In this document: in pieces, positions 45,699 through 57,739 of the stretch
Position numbering within the stretch: the first letter of the stretch is position 1
How the letters are laid out: each line of letters starts with the position of its first letter
Virus record (IMG/VR): IMGVR_UViG_3300005805_000060
Span: 1 to 64,000 of that record
DNA from: a virus
Taxonomy: Duplodnaviria; Caudoviricetes
DNA: 64,000 nt
Reading direction: 5' to 3' (one strand)
Program-made: the position numbers and the translations under genes
Notes under the pieces: model-generated
Told to the model about the DNA's origin: nothing
What the model saw: only the letters and a program-made list of their open reading frames with translations
Database searches by the model: none

Positions 45699-46759
45699 TC
45701 ATTTTCCTCTTCAAACTGAGTATCCGTACTTACCTCAGACTTGATATTTTGGAAGTCGGCCATGAGGCGGTCCAGGCAACCTTCTTCGTTGGCTTCCCAG
45801 GCTCTGCGGAACTGTTTGATCTGTGATCCGTCGCTGCCCGTAAACAGCAGTCGGTTGCCGTCCTTTTTCAGTAGGCCCTTCTTCTCTGCCATGTCCACTA
45901 GGCCCGAGTAGGGGTTCATACCAGTCTCATAGGGAATCTTGACCTGTACGCTTTCAAAAGGCTTGGCATAGCGTGTTTTCATGACCTTACAGGCAGCGCG
46001 GATACCCATGACATCAGAGATCTTGTTACCATTTTCATCTTCTTTGAGTTTGAGTTTTTTCATGGCTACCACAATACTGGATGCATAGATGAAGCCTTGA
46101 CCGCCTGAAATTTTGTCGTCGGGATCAAACATGTCCTGGCTGGCATAGGTATGATTGGTACAGACCATGCCCACGTTGTAGCTGCCAAACATGTTTACAC
46201 AATTGCGCACTAGGGCAGTGAGGGCCTTGGGTTTGCGGCCCAGGTCACCTTTCATGTCCCCGGCTTCAAACTGGTTGATATCAGTGGGTGTGAGCAACAT
46301 GCCCAAGCTGTCGATCACGAACAAGACCTTGGGGCGCTCGCCGTCGGCCAAGGTCTTGTAGTCGGACATAAAGGTAGAAATGGTCTTGGCCACATCGTCG
46401 ATCATGGCCATGCTGAGCTTGAGCAGCTTGTTTTCGCTGGTGTCCACACCCAGTGCAGTCAACCAGGCTTCGTCCAGGGCGTTCTCAGAATCAACCAGCA
46501 CAACAAAGATGCCCTGTTCCTGGGCGTTTTTGATGATGTTGCCTGAACAAAAGTAGCTCTTGCCCGCACCCGACTCACCGGCAAACACAGTGACCTTGCC
46601 CAGGGGCACTCCACGATGGAAGTCGCCTGAGATCAAGTAGTTCAGGGTGTAGTTGCCAGTTGAGATCCAGTCTGTGGGATCGTTGAAACCGATGCTTAGT
46701 CCATCGATTGATTTGGTAATTTCTTTTCTAAACCGAGAAACATCAAAAGGTTTGGCCAT
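45695..46759 (-). CDS. uvsX: RecA-like recombinase UvsX
   Basis: AGESGAGKS, DSENA, VIDSLG, TNHTY and SGGQG motifs. Confidence 0.95.
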   Translation of the reverse strand: MAKPFDVSRFRKEITKSIDGLSIGFNDPTDWISTGNYTLNYLISGDFHRGVPLGKVTVFAGESGAGKSYFCSGNIIKNAQEQGIFVVLVDSENALDEAWLTALGVDTSENKLLKLSMAMIDDVAKTISTFMSDYKTLADGERPKVLFVIDSLGMLLTPTDINQFEAGDMKGDLGRKPKALTALVRNCVNMFGSYNVGMVCTNHTYASQDMFDPDDKISGGQGFIYASSIVVAMKKLKLKEDENGNKISDVMGIRAACKVMKTRYAKPFESVQVKIPYETGMNPYSGLVDMAEKKGLLKKDGNRLLFTGSDGSQIKQFRRAWEANEEGCLDRLMADFQNIKSEVSTDTQFEEENE

Positions 46760-46769
46760 AATTTTTCCT

Positions 46770-47675
46770 CTACTGAATTAGAAGTTGCACTGCGTTACCT
46801 GCTTTAGAATTATTGTATAGCATGGTTCTATAATACTTGAGATTTGCTTCAAGATCTACGATATTGGCAATGGGCAATTGAGTGGTCACTGGCCTGATCT
46901 GCTTGTCCTCACACCACTGCAAAAATTCTTTGCTGAATTCTATGGTCTGAGGCCGATCCAGATTGAGCTGGAAAGCAAACTCCAACTGTTCATAGTTATA
47001 GTGATCCTCACAGTCAAGGTTGGTATCCCAATGCTGCCACTTGTTGTAATACTGTCGCCCCACGTAGGTATATGAAAACCCCAAGTTGACTCGGCTGTTG
47101 TTGCTGTGCATCTCGTCCAGGAAAGGATTATCAATCACTTGCCATTTTAGATCAGATTTGAATTCTGTGTCGTCGCGGAAAGTTCCTTCCAGGCGGTGGA
47201 TACCCATGTTCACTTCCTCATAAGGGAAGATGTATCCTATCTTGATCATGGCCTCGGCCAGTGGTATGACACGTATGTCATCGGGATAGAGATCATGCAG
47301 TTTCCACCCCAGCTGTGAGATCGCGTGATCTGTGCAAAATCGAAGTTGATCTATAGAAACTGCGCGTTTCTGCGACAACACCCAGTTGGCATGCATGCTG
47401 TTTAGTTTTTTTTGATCGAGATACTCCAGCAAGTCGTTGCATTGATCAAACCTTACACCACAGAGGTTGTACATCACAGAATTCGTTGTGCAAAGAGAAT
47501 TGTGTAATTGGCTTGTCAACCTATCCACAGAGGATGCCACACGACCGTGATCGCTGAATCGATTGGTCTGCAAATGATTGGCCTGTTGAACAAAGTATTC
47601 AATCAGCTGATGATTATAAACGACCTCAAAATCTATCGAGTCGTTTGAATTTTGCCAGGTCAGAGTTAGTTTCAT
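46770..47675 (-). CDS. Hypothetical protein (paralog of 32548..33420)
   Basis: VNMGIHRLE and YTYVGR motifs. Confidence 0.65.
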   Translation of the reverse strand: MKLTLTWQNSNDSIDFEVVYNHQLIEYFVQQANHLQTNRFSDHGRVASSVDRLTSQLHNSLCTTNSVMYNLCGVRFDQCNDLLEYLDQKKLNSMHANWVLSQKRAVSIDQLRFCTDHAISQLGWKLHDLYPDDIRVIPLAEAMIKIGYIFPYEEVNMGIHRLEGTFRDDTEFKSDLKWQVIDNPFLDEMHSNNSRVNLGFSYTYVGRQYYNKWQHWDTNLDCEDHYNYEQLEFAFQLNLDRPQTIEFSKEFLQWCEDKQIRPVTTQLPIANIVDLEANLKYYRTMLYNNSKAGNAVQLLIQ

Positions 47676-47682
47676 GATAAGT

Positions 47683-47709
47683 GGGGACGGGCTAAATCAA
47701 CCCGCCCCC
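47683..47709 (-). terminator. GC-rich hairpin after gp32 (weak U tract)
   Basis: GGGGACGGG/CCCGCCCCC inverted repeat between the gp32 stop and the next ATG. Confidence 0.45.
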
Positions 47710-47721
47710 GACCATACTTGA

Positions 47722-48720
47722 TTACTGCTTCTGCTGCCGTGACCGAATCATGGCCAGGATGTCCTGAGCGCTTTGACCACCAGTCGAGGCGGGTTTTTTC
47801 ACAGGCTCGGCAGCAATCACAGGCTCATCGACATCAAGAACCGCATCCTCTACGTCGGGACTGGATGCTGCCTTGGATTTGATCATGGCAGGCTCGATAG
47901 TTCCAGAGTCTTGATCACTTCCGGAACTACCGGGAGCTGCTACACCAGCCGGACGATAATACTGACCCCAACGTTCAGTGTCGTAGGGCTTGCCGTCTAC
48001 ACTGGCTTCGAACATCTCCTTGATCACTCGCAATTCCACTTCAGTGGGCTTCTTGGGAAGGAATGTGCTGAGATCAAACAAACCATGCTTTTCAATGGCC
48101 GCTTGCTCCTCGGCTGTGAGAGCAGATTCCTTGCGGCTCCACTTGCTGGTGTTGTAGTCAGCGAATCCACCCTTCATGGTCTTGGCGATCGTGAAGTCCA
48201 GACCGCGCATGATATCAGTGGGCAGCTCTTCCAGCTCGGGATCCATCAGGGCGCCCTTGATGATCTGGAAAATCTGTGGTCCAATGATAAAGCGTCGGAT
48301 GGGATTTTCTGGAGTCTTGTCTTCGTTGAGAGGGTCTTTGCGTACAAAGCCCTGGAAGATATAGCTGCGTTTCTTCCAGTATTTGCGACCCATGTCTTCC
48401 AGATTCTTGTCCTTGAACCAGGTACGCACTTCTGCCAGGATCGGACAAGCATCGCCCCACATTTCCACGCAGGGCACTTGTACCATGACCTGTTTGCTTT
48501 CAGCTTCGCCCTTGACGCCTGCGAAGGGCAAACGAATCATGGCGCGTTCTGCCCAGAAAAATGTGTTCTTGCTGTTGCCGTCGGGTAGAAAGCGCAATGT
48601 AGATGACTGGCCTTCTTCCATGTTCCAGTGTGCGTAGATTGAATTGTCGCCACCGGCACTGTTACCACCTTTTGTTTCTGCTGCCTGAAGTCTTGCTCGG
48701 ATTTCTGCTAGGGATGCCAT
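47722..48720 (-). CDS. ssb: Single-stranded DNA-binding protein (T4 gp32-like)
   Basis: LRFLPDG, PC.E.WG..CPI, Y.KKRSY, IIGPQIF, G.DF.I.K and YNTSKW motifs; acidic tail. Confidence 0.88.
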   Translation of the reverse strand: MASLAEIRARLQAAETKGGNSAGGDNSIYAHWNMEEGQSSTLRFLPDGNSKNTFFWAERAMIRLPFAGVKGEAESKQVMVQVPCVEMWGDACPILAEVRTWFKDKNLEDMGRKYWKKRSYIFQGFVRKDPLNEDKTPENPIRRFIIGPQIFQIIKGALMDPELEELPTDIMRGLDFTIAKTMKGGFADYNTSKWSRKESALTAEEQAAIEKHGLFDLSTFLPKKPTEVELRVIKEMFEASVDGKPYDTERWGQYYRPAGVAAPGSSGSDQDSGTIEPAMIKSKAASSPDVEDAVLDVDEPVIAAEPVKKPASTGGQSAQDILAMIRSRQQKQ

Positions 48721-48817
48721 AGTTGTTTTCTCCTTTGAAAGTTGCCTATGTTTGTTGCCTATCTAAACGGATTTAGACGTTGCCTGTGACACAAAAACAA
48801 AGGCGCATCACTGTTAC

Positions 48818-48846
48818 AGTATATGCGCCTTGCGTTGCAGTGTCAA
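48818..48846 (-). promoter_or_regulatory. Promoter TTGACA-17-TATACT for gp32
   Basis: -35 at 48841-48846, -10 at 48818-48823. Confidence 0.85.
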
Positions 48847-48857
48847 TGTTATTTAGT

Positions 48858-50564
48858 CTAGTTTGACAAAGCCAGTCGTTTTATTTTTGCCAGATCTTCC
48901 ATGAAGCTGTCTGTTACTGCGCCGCGGTGGTCCATGGCATCAGTTGAGTCCTCGTTGGGGGCTTCAAAAGTGGCCAGATTGTCACCTTCGGACATGTCAT
49001 TGTCTTGCTGCGGAAACCATCGAGAAATATCAGGGTCAGAATCATCCACTGCTACCAACCGGTATGGAGCAATATACCAGCCGCGGCCGTCCTGGTCCTC
49101 AATTCGCACTCGACGGTCTTCGGGATCACCCCTCATCACAAATATCTCGCCACGGTCGCCATCTTCCTTGTCGCGGACATATGCACCACTGTAAAGGTCT
49201 GATTCATCCTCGTTGTACTCGTCATCGTAATCATTTTCTGCCACCTGTTTGGTATCCTGCTGTCCTGGCGCCGGCTGTTGTGTGGAATCCAATGGCAAAA
49301 TCTGTTCAGGTTGTTCAGGTTGTGCGGGTTGTGCGGGTTGTGCTGGCTGTTCAGACAAGTCAATACCCAATTCGCTAGCGCGACCTCGGATAACATCTCG
49401 GGCATCGGCATCGGGATCTCGGTCGGCCAATGCAGACAGGCGATCAAACAGTTCATCATCGCCAAACAGATCATAAAGTTGTTCAGTGGCGTTGGTGGCA
49501 TCTGGACCCACGGGCAGTTCTTGACTCATGAGTTCTTCGAGTTTTTTCTTGTTTTCGGGCGTGTCCGGAATAGACCAAGTTCCCTCGGCCAAGTCATTGA
49601 TCCAACTCTCAAAAATTTCAGCTTCTTTCATGTTGGTTCCTTGTATGCGAGCCAGGAGAGGAAGTGCTTCTTCGATTCGTTGATCTAGAGATTGCTCCAC
49701 AAACAAGGTCTTGAGATCTTCTACCAGGGCATCACTCTGAGCCGATTCATCAGCAGTCCAGGTTTCAAAATAGGCATGATATCCTCGAGCATGAGCCAGT
49801 GCTCGCAGATTCTCTCGGAGATTTTGATAGTATACATCGGCACTATTGACCACTTCTTGAGTGATTCCCTCTAGAACACGACCTTGGCTGGCTCTGCGGA
49901 AACGACTCAGTAGCTTGGCTTCTTGTATTAGGTTGGCAATATGCGAACCTCGGATGTCATAAGGACGACCACCTTGGCGCACATGTTCCAGCATAGCTCG
50001 GCCGCCTGCAAGACTCACGAAAGGCAAACGGAAACGTTCCTGATCCGCAGTTTCGATAAACAAAGCCGCAACGTGCCGATGTCGAGCATCGCCTTCGCCT
50101 AGAGGTCGACTGTGTCGTATCATGAGTCGGGCTTCAGTGGGCTTGCCCATGTAACTGACCTGGCGTGTACCGTAATAACTTTCAAACAGTCCCTCTCGGA
50201 TGGCTGCCATGCCTGCCATGGTGTGCCTGAGTTGATTGATGTTGCGTGGACTGAACGTATGGAAATCGTGTCGTGTAGAGAACTGTTTAAGTTGTTGCAG
50301 GAATCTGAACCACTCGTCTTTGTCCTGTTCCTCCATGCCTTTACCAAGATTGTCACCAAAGAAAAGCATGAGTTCACGATCATCAGTTATCACAGCTACC
50401 GCGGTACCATAATTGGTACCTGAACTGCTGACCCAGTCAAAGCTCATGACTCGTGCCTCAGCAGGTTGACTGGGTTTGCCCTGTTGATCAGTAGTTTCGG
50501 GGTCAAACCCTCGGGTAACCAGGAGATCGTAAAGATTTTGCGGTATATTTTGTTCTTTGGCCAT
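48858..50564 (-). CDS. Large acidic protein, probable head-internal/core protein
   Basis: TAAATA 7 nt before the ATG; QPAQPA repeats; many hydrophobic-X-E sites. Confidence 0.6.
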   Translation of the reverse strand: MAKEQNIPQNLYDLLVTRGFDPETTDQQGKPSQPAEARVMSFDWVSSSGTNYGTAVAVITDDRELMLFFGDNLGKGMEEQDKDEWFRFLQQLKQFSTRHDFHTFSPRNINQLRHTMAGMAAIREGLFESYYGTRQVSYMGKPTEARLMIRHSRPLGEGDARHRHVAALFIETADQERFRLPFVSLAGGRAMLEHVRQGGRPYDIRGSHIANLIQEAKLLSRFRRASQGRVLEGITQEVVNSADVYYQNLRENLRALAHARGYHAYFETWTADESAQSDALVEDLKTLFVEQSLDQRIEEALPLLARIQGTNMKEAEIFESWINDLAEGTWSIPDTPENKKKLEELMSQELPVGPDATNATEQLYDLFGDDELFDRLSALADRDPDADARDVIRGRASELGIDLSEQPAQPAQPAQPEQPEQILPLDSTQQPAPGQQDTKQVAENDYDDEYNEDESDLYSGAYVRDKEDGDRGEIFVMRGDPEDRRVRIEDQDGRGWYIAPYRLVAVDDSDPDISRWFPQQDNDMSEGDNLATFEAPNEDSTDAMDHRGAVTDSFMEDLAKIKRLALSN

Positions 50565-50574
50565 AGTTTTCTAT

Positions 50575-52856
<2,282 letters not shown>

Positions 52857-52860
52857 ACCG

Positions 52861-52890
52861 TATTTATACAAATGCAAATTCGTCATACAA
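52861..52890 (-). promoter_or_regulatory. Late promoter TATAAATA overlapped by a copy of the intein-less terL insertion site
   Basis: TTG TAT GAC GAA TTT GCA TTT GTA (52890-52867) reads LY-DEFAFV and overlaps TATAAATA (52868-52861). Confidence 0.75.
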
Positions 52891-53002
52891 TTATTTTTAA
52901 AGGATTATATAATCTTTTATATAATTCTTTAAGAGATATATCTTCTTCTATCAAGGTTTTTTTATTCCTGATTTTTACAGTGGTGGTCTCACCATCTAAA
53001 CA
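52883..53002 (-). mobile_element. Atypical split intein IntN (TerL, 39 aa)
   Basis: CLDGETTTVKI...ISLKELYKRL, as in AceL/GOS-TerL-type short IntN. Confidence 0.9.
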
Positions 53003-53524
53003 ATAGAGCAAGGATATACTCATACCCCGGCCTGTGGTCTCTGTTGTGGTCTGGCTCACTATGCGGCTACCGTTATCAAATTCCAGGCTGCCCTTGTTGT
53101 AACTGGTGGCGCCGGCCCGGATATGATCGGGACAAAACTCATAGGCATAGCGTATGCGTTGCATGATTTCTTGGGCACCGGTATACTTGTGCGCGGCGAT
53201 CAAGATGGTGCTGTCAGGCACAAACATGGCATACCAGAGCAGGTAACCTGCAGCTGATGTTGACTTACCACTCTGTCTGGGCATGAGACTGATGCTGTAG
53301 CGATAGCCGTGATAGGTATTGATCAGACGTTTTTGGTATTCATATGGGTGATACAGCATGCGGCCACGTGTGGGATGCTGTATCATGAAAAAATTGTCCA
53401 TGAAGTACATGGGACCTGTCACGGGGTCCGCACACTTTATGAACTCCTCTACCTCTTGATCAGTGAAGTGTTCTCGTCGATGCGGACTTTTGACTAGAGC
53501 TGTTTCTAATTGATTGCGGACCAT
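52883..53524 (-). CDS. terL: Terminase large subunit piece 1: ATPase N-extein plus 39-aa N-intein
   Basis: YQ, PRQSGKS Walker A, GRGMSISLLY|CLDGET... Confidence 0.93.
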   Translation of the reverse strand: MVRNQLETALVKSPHRREHFTDQEVEEFIKCADPVTGPMYFMDNFFMIQHPTRGRMLYHPYEYQKRLINTYHGYRYSISLMPRQSGKSTSAAGYLLWYAMFVPDSTILIAAHKYTGAQEIMQRIRYAYEFCPDHIRAGATSYNKGSLEFDNGSRIVSQTTTETTGRGMSISLLYCLDGETTTVKIRNKKTLIEEDISLKELYKRLYNPLKIIV

Positions 53525-53531
53525 GCAGTAT

Positions 53532-54626
53532 TTACATCACTTTGCCCTGATACCACAACAGGTTGTTTTGAAGTCGAGCATCATCGGGATGAAACTCCAG
53601 GGCCCGAGCACCCAGTTCCAAGGACTTTTCGCGCAGGCCTAGATACCAGGCAGCCATGGCCCCAAGATCGTAAGGTTCATGCCCCCAACAATCCGCATCA
53701 TTGATATAAGTGGTACCGCGTACAGTGATCTCCAGCAGCTTGGATATGGCATAGTACACCGTGGTCCAGTCTCTCACATTGCGATAGGTGCGTGCCATGT
53801 CCAACCAGGGTTCTCGAGTCCAAGGACATTCTTGTGCAGCTTTTTGTGCCCAGACTTGTGCTTCATCATTGTTGCCCAGCGACGAATAACAACGAGAGAT
53901 GAAACGCATGCTGGCGCATCTTTCCTCGCGCCACCAACAGCTGGGCAACTCAAGATGACGCTTGAGTTCGTCGATTGATTCTTGATAACGGCGTTGGAAC
54001 ATGAGTTCGCGACCATAGTAGTGACTCATACGGTCGTTGCTGGGATCTTCTTTCACGGCCTTGGCCAAGAGTCCCATGTACTGGCCACGACTCTTGGTAG
54101 GATCGGCCCTGTGATGCAATATAATTTCAGGTACTACCACTCGTCGTTCTTCACGGTTTTCCCAAAGGTACAGGGTTTCGTGGCAAGGGTGGTGCCAGAT
54201 GTAACCACGACGATGATGCATTTTGTCGGCAAAAAATCGAGTACCTGGAACAGTGTCGGTGCTCCAGTTCCAGATATAATCGTAGGAAATTCGATCTATG
54301 TTACCGTCATGCTCGGCCCAGACTCGCTGTAGGGCTTCAGACCAGCCTGGTTGTAGGTACTCGTCAAGGTCAATGCTGAGACAGAAATCAATATCGTCGG
54401 GAACTAGATTTAGAGCGGTGTTACGAGGAGCATCAAATCTCCAGGGTCGTTGCGTGATATGGTACACCTGTGCACCCAGTTGTTCCAGGCGTTCAACAGT
54501 ACCGTCGGTGCTGCCAGTATCACAGACCAAGACCAAATCTGCACCTTGACAGTGTTCCATGAACCGATCCACATGCTTGATCTCGTTCAAGGCTATGGTA
54601 TAGACACAGGTACGGGCGGGTTTCAT
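53532..54626 (-). CDS. GT2 glycosyltransferase with TPR repeats
   Basis: VYTIALNE, CDTGSTDGT, WRFDAPRN, DLDE and helical TPR-like C-terminus. Confidence 0.88.
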   Translation of the reverse strand: MKPARTCVYTIALNEIKHVDRFMEHCQGADLVLVCDTGSTDGTVERLEQLGAQVYHITQRPWRFDAPRNTALNLVPDDIDFCLSIDLDEYLQPGWSEALQRVWAEHDGNIDRISYDYIWNWSTDTVPGTRFFADKMHHRRGYIWHHPCHETLYLWENREERRVVVPEIILHHRADPTKSRGQYMGLLAKAVKEDPSNDRMSHYYGRELMFQRRYQESIDELKRHLELPSCWWREERCASMRFISRCYSSLGNNDEAQVWAQKAAQECPWTREPWLDMARTYRNVRDWTTVYYAISKLLEITVRGTTYINDADCWGHEPYDLGAMAAWYLGLREKSLELGARALEFHPDDARLQNNLLWYQGKVM

Positions 54627-57600
54627 AGTCGGATATTCTTTACAGTGAAGTTTTGATTATGAGGACGTGGGCAGTTTTCGCAGAATTTCAGTCCACGTCG
54701 TCCACTTCGGCGCTGTAGTTGGTGCATGATTTTCTGATGCTGAGCACCAAACCACAAATCATACAGGCAAGAATCTTGCACACGACCAAGATTGTAGTTG
54801 CCCACCATGTCATCACAACACAGTGTCACTTCGCCTCGATGATTGATTATGAACCGATCCAGCGGTTCGTTACAGGTCATGTCCTGTTTTTCAGCCAAGA
54901 TATCTGTGATGTTTTTCATTGGACCATAATGTGTAAGTCCATGCAGGCTGTTTCCAAATCGAGCTTCGGTCTCATGGAACCAACTACGGATCTGGTCCTG
55001 TCGATGTTTGCGAGCAGGTTCATCAGCATAGATGCTGAAAAAGATCCAAGTCATCTTGCCATCCAAGCGACGTGCCAGTTCCTCAGTCATAAAATCGCCG
55101 TTGCTGTGCATGAAGATAGCACGGAAAGGATACTGTGCTGCTAAGTCTACGATTTCCGGCAGGCGCGGATCCATGGTAGGCTCGTTGTAGAAACTCAAGC
55201 ATAGCTCCTTGCGGAATCCCATGCTACGGGCATCATCAAATATCTGTTTGATAGTGTCCATGGGCAACAGATTATCCTCAAACCAAGGCGCCATGCTCTC
55301 TCGATCAGGATTGCTGTTACGGATACAAGTTCCACAGGTGCGATTGCAGTTGGAACTGGTCTCTATGCTTAGGACTTCAGGCAACGGAATTGGACAGGAT
55401 TCTTCGTAGTAGGCAAGGTTGTATTCCAAACGTTCATCATTGGGATTTTTTTCTATAGCTTGACGGCCCAGGGCCAATGCCTGATCATAAAATTTTAGGT
55501 GATAGGCTGATTGAGCTGCTGCGTCATAGAGTGCATGTCCCCATGCTGCGGGATCATAGGTGAAACCGTCTCTGGGTGTGGTTATTTTCAGTCCTTGCTG
55601 TGCCAGAAAATAGCAACGTTCCCAGTCTTGTCGTGCGTAGTAATAGAGAGCCCAGGCATGATATGTTTCACGCTCACTGCTGTGATTGGTCGAAATCTGA
55701 TACCAATGATTGGCTTCCGACAAATCTGCCGCAGCTTCGTAGGCCTGTGCCAAGCTACGCGCCACATAGCTTTTGACTATTTCACCTTCGTCGCAGACTT
55801 CGTAGGCCTTTTTTCTTTGTTCAATACATTCACTGAGTTGGTTTTGTGCTGCCAGTTCGTTGCTGTAGAACTGGTAGGTTCGCCAGTGCCGATCGCCCTC
55901 CTTGATCTTTTGCTCCAGGAGATTGACATAGCTACTGCGACTCTTGTCAAGATCTTGATATTCGTCAAGATAGAACTCCGGCATCCAGATCGCGTGCTCG
56001 GGCACTTCCCAGCGTAGAGTCTCGTGTACTGCACCAGTCCAGGTACAGCCATGGCGTGCATGTACCTTGCTATGCCACTGCCAGGCGCGGCCGTTGTTGC
56101 GATATCTATGATTGGCCACAGTGGTACCAGCTTCCCAACACTGCTCAATTTGCTGGCGCCATCCCGGTAAGAGACGCTCATCTAGATCTTGCCAGATGCA
56201 GACATCAATATCCGGGGGCAAGAGATTGAGACTGGTTTCACGAGCCACATCAAATCGCCAGGGCAGTACAGATATTGGTATCATGTTGACTCCACACTGC
56301 ACCAGTTTTTCTCGTGTGCCATCTGTACTACCAGTGTCACATACCAGACGATAATCGGCTTCACTGTTACTGGCGGCCCAGTCCGCTACATTCTCACTTT
56401 CATTCTTGCAGATAGTGTAAATGGCTATGCGTAATCGAGCAAACTCGGCACGAAACTGCTCATCTCGACTGAGCAGATAAACCCCAATCTCCTCATCAAT
56501 ATGGCCAGACACAATGTCACGGCCAAATGTGGCTCGTACTTCTTGATCACTCCAGTCATCTTTGACATGACGCTCGTAAGGGTTGCCTTCGAATTCATTC
56601 TGGGGCATGCGCACTACAGGAATACTGATGATCATGCACTGGTGGTGAGTCAGAACCGAATTGACCAAATCCTGCGCTTCAGATTGAGTCATGTGTTCTA
56701 GGATGTCACCGGCAAACACCATGTCATACCACTTCGGCAAGTTGCCATAATCGACTTCGCGTGCATCACTGGAGAATATCTCGTTGTATTTTTGTGTCAG
56801 CTGATATCGTTCAATATAAGGAGTCCAGACTTCTATAGCGTCCCAATTGGCCGCGGGAAACAACCCACCAAAATAGTTGTAATAAGTTCCTGCGCCTGCT
56901 CCAATATCCAGCACATGACGAACCTGTATACGGTCCGCTATACGTCGACACTGCTGCTGTATCCATGTTTTGCCACGTTCGCTACTGGTTGGCATAATGA
57001 TCCTTGATCGATAAGGCCTGCATATTTCAGCAAGATTACTGTTAGATTTATCAAGATTTTCAGGAGTTGCTGCAGAAAGATAATCACGCCAGATGGTTTC
57101 CCATAAGTGCATGGTGTAACTGTTCTGCAACTGATCTAGATCTTGACGATTGTTCTCAAGAACCCAGGTCTCTTGAAAGTCAAAGGGCATGAAACTGCTA
57201 CGTGGTTCCAGCCGCACATCTGGCCAATCGTGACTGCTGTAAATCTCATGGGGCAGACAAACACCGTGCCAGGCCCAGGGACGATCCTGCAGATTGCGTC
57301 CAGTTTCCTCTAACCACTGGGAGACAAACGGATGTCCAGGGCGGGTCAGAATCACAGCGTTGGTTATGCTGGTACCATCACGGTTCTCCACGCCCAATAC
57401 ACAGGATTCGTTCCAGAGATCACCAAAACTCTTGAGGCTGATCACATCAATGTCTAGATAAGCACCGCCCTGCTCTTGCAAGATTTGCAGACGCAGCACA
57501 TCGGCCTTGTACTGATAACTGTCAAGCGGAACTCCGACAAATTCTTGAGGAGGATCTACATGTACCAGTTCCACTTGCGTGGCTATTTCATCCCACCAAT

Positions 57601-57739
57601 CGTTGTTGACTGGTGCCTGAGAATAGTAGAGGCGCACCGGAACCTGATGCACCTTAAGGGCTGATTTTACTGCCAGGTAATGTATGTACTGAAATTCAGT
57701 AAAGCCAAAAAAGATAAAATGTATGACTCGAGGTATCAT
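54623..57739 (-). CDS. Multidomain fusion: GT32-like GT, SAM methyltransferase, GT2, TPR, radical SAM/SPASM
   Basis: IPRVIHFI..GGAYLDIDV; VLDIGAGAG; IYTICKNE..DTGSTDGT; CNRTCGTC; TLCCDD..CENC; start moved to 57739. Confidence 0.85.
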   Translation of the reverse strand: MIPRVIHFIFFGFTEFQYIHYLAVKSALKVHQVPVRLYYSQAPVNNDWWDEIATQVELVHVDPPQEFVGVPLDSYQYKADVLRLQILQEQGGAYLDIDVISLKSFGDLWNESCVLGVENRDGTSITNAVILTRPGHPFVSQWLEETGRNLQDRPWAWHGVCLPHEIYSSHDWPDVRLEPRSSFMPFDFQETWVLENNRQDLDQLQNSYTMHLWETIWRDYLSAATPENLDKSNSNLAEICRPYRSRIIMPTSSERGKTWIQQQCRRIADRIQVRHVLDIGAGAGTYYNYFGGLFPAANWDAIEVWTPYIERYQLTQKYNEIFSSDAREVDYGNLPKWYDMVFAGDILEHMTQSEAQDLVNSVLTHHQCMIISIPVVRMPQNEFEGNPYERHVKDDWSDQEVRATFGRDIVSGHIDEEIGVYLLSRDEQFRAEFARLRIAIYTICKNESENVADWAASNSEADYRLVCDTGSTDGTREKLVQCGVNMIPISVLPWRFDVARETSLNLLPPDIDVCIWQDLDERLLPGWRQQIEQCWEAGTTVANHRYRNNGRAWQWHSKVHARHGCTWTGAVHETLRWEVPEHAIWMPEFYLDEYQDLDKSRSSYVNLLEQKIKEGDRHWRTYQFYSNELAAQNQLSECIEQRKKAYEVCDEGEIVKSYVARSLAQAYEAAADLSEANHWYQISTNHSSERETYHAWALYYYARQDWERCYFLAQQGLKITTPRDGFTYDPAAWGHALYDAAAQSAYHLKFYDQALALGRQAIEKNPNDERLEYNLAYYEESCPIPLPEVLSIETSSNCNRTCGTCIRNSNPDRESMAPWFEDNLLPMDTIKQIFDDARSMGFRKELCLSFYNEPTMDPRLPEIVDLAAQYPFRAIFMHSNGDFMTEELARRLDGKMTWIFFSIYADEPARKHRQDQIRSWFHETEARFGNSLHGLTHYGPMKNITDILAEKQDMTCNEPLDRFIINHRGEVTLCCDDMVGNYNLGRVQDSCLYDLWFGAQHQKIMHQLQRRSGRRGLKFCENCPRPHNQNFTVKNIRL

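Noticed and set aside
44206-48588. Plus-strand ORFs 44206..44826 and 47773..48588
   Set aside because: They are antisense shadows of gmd and gp32.
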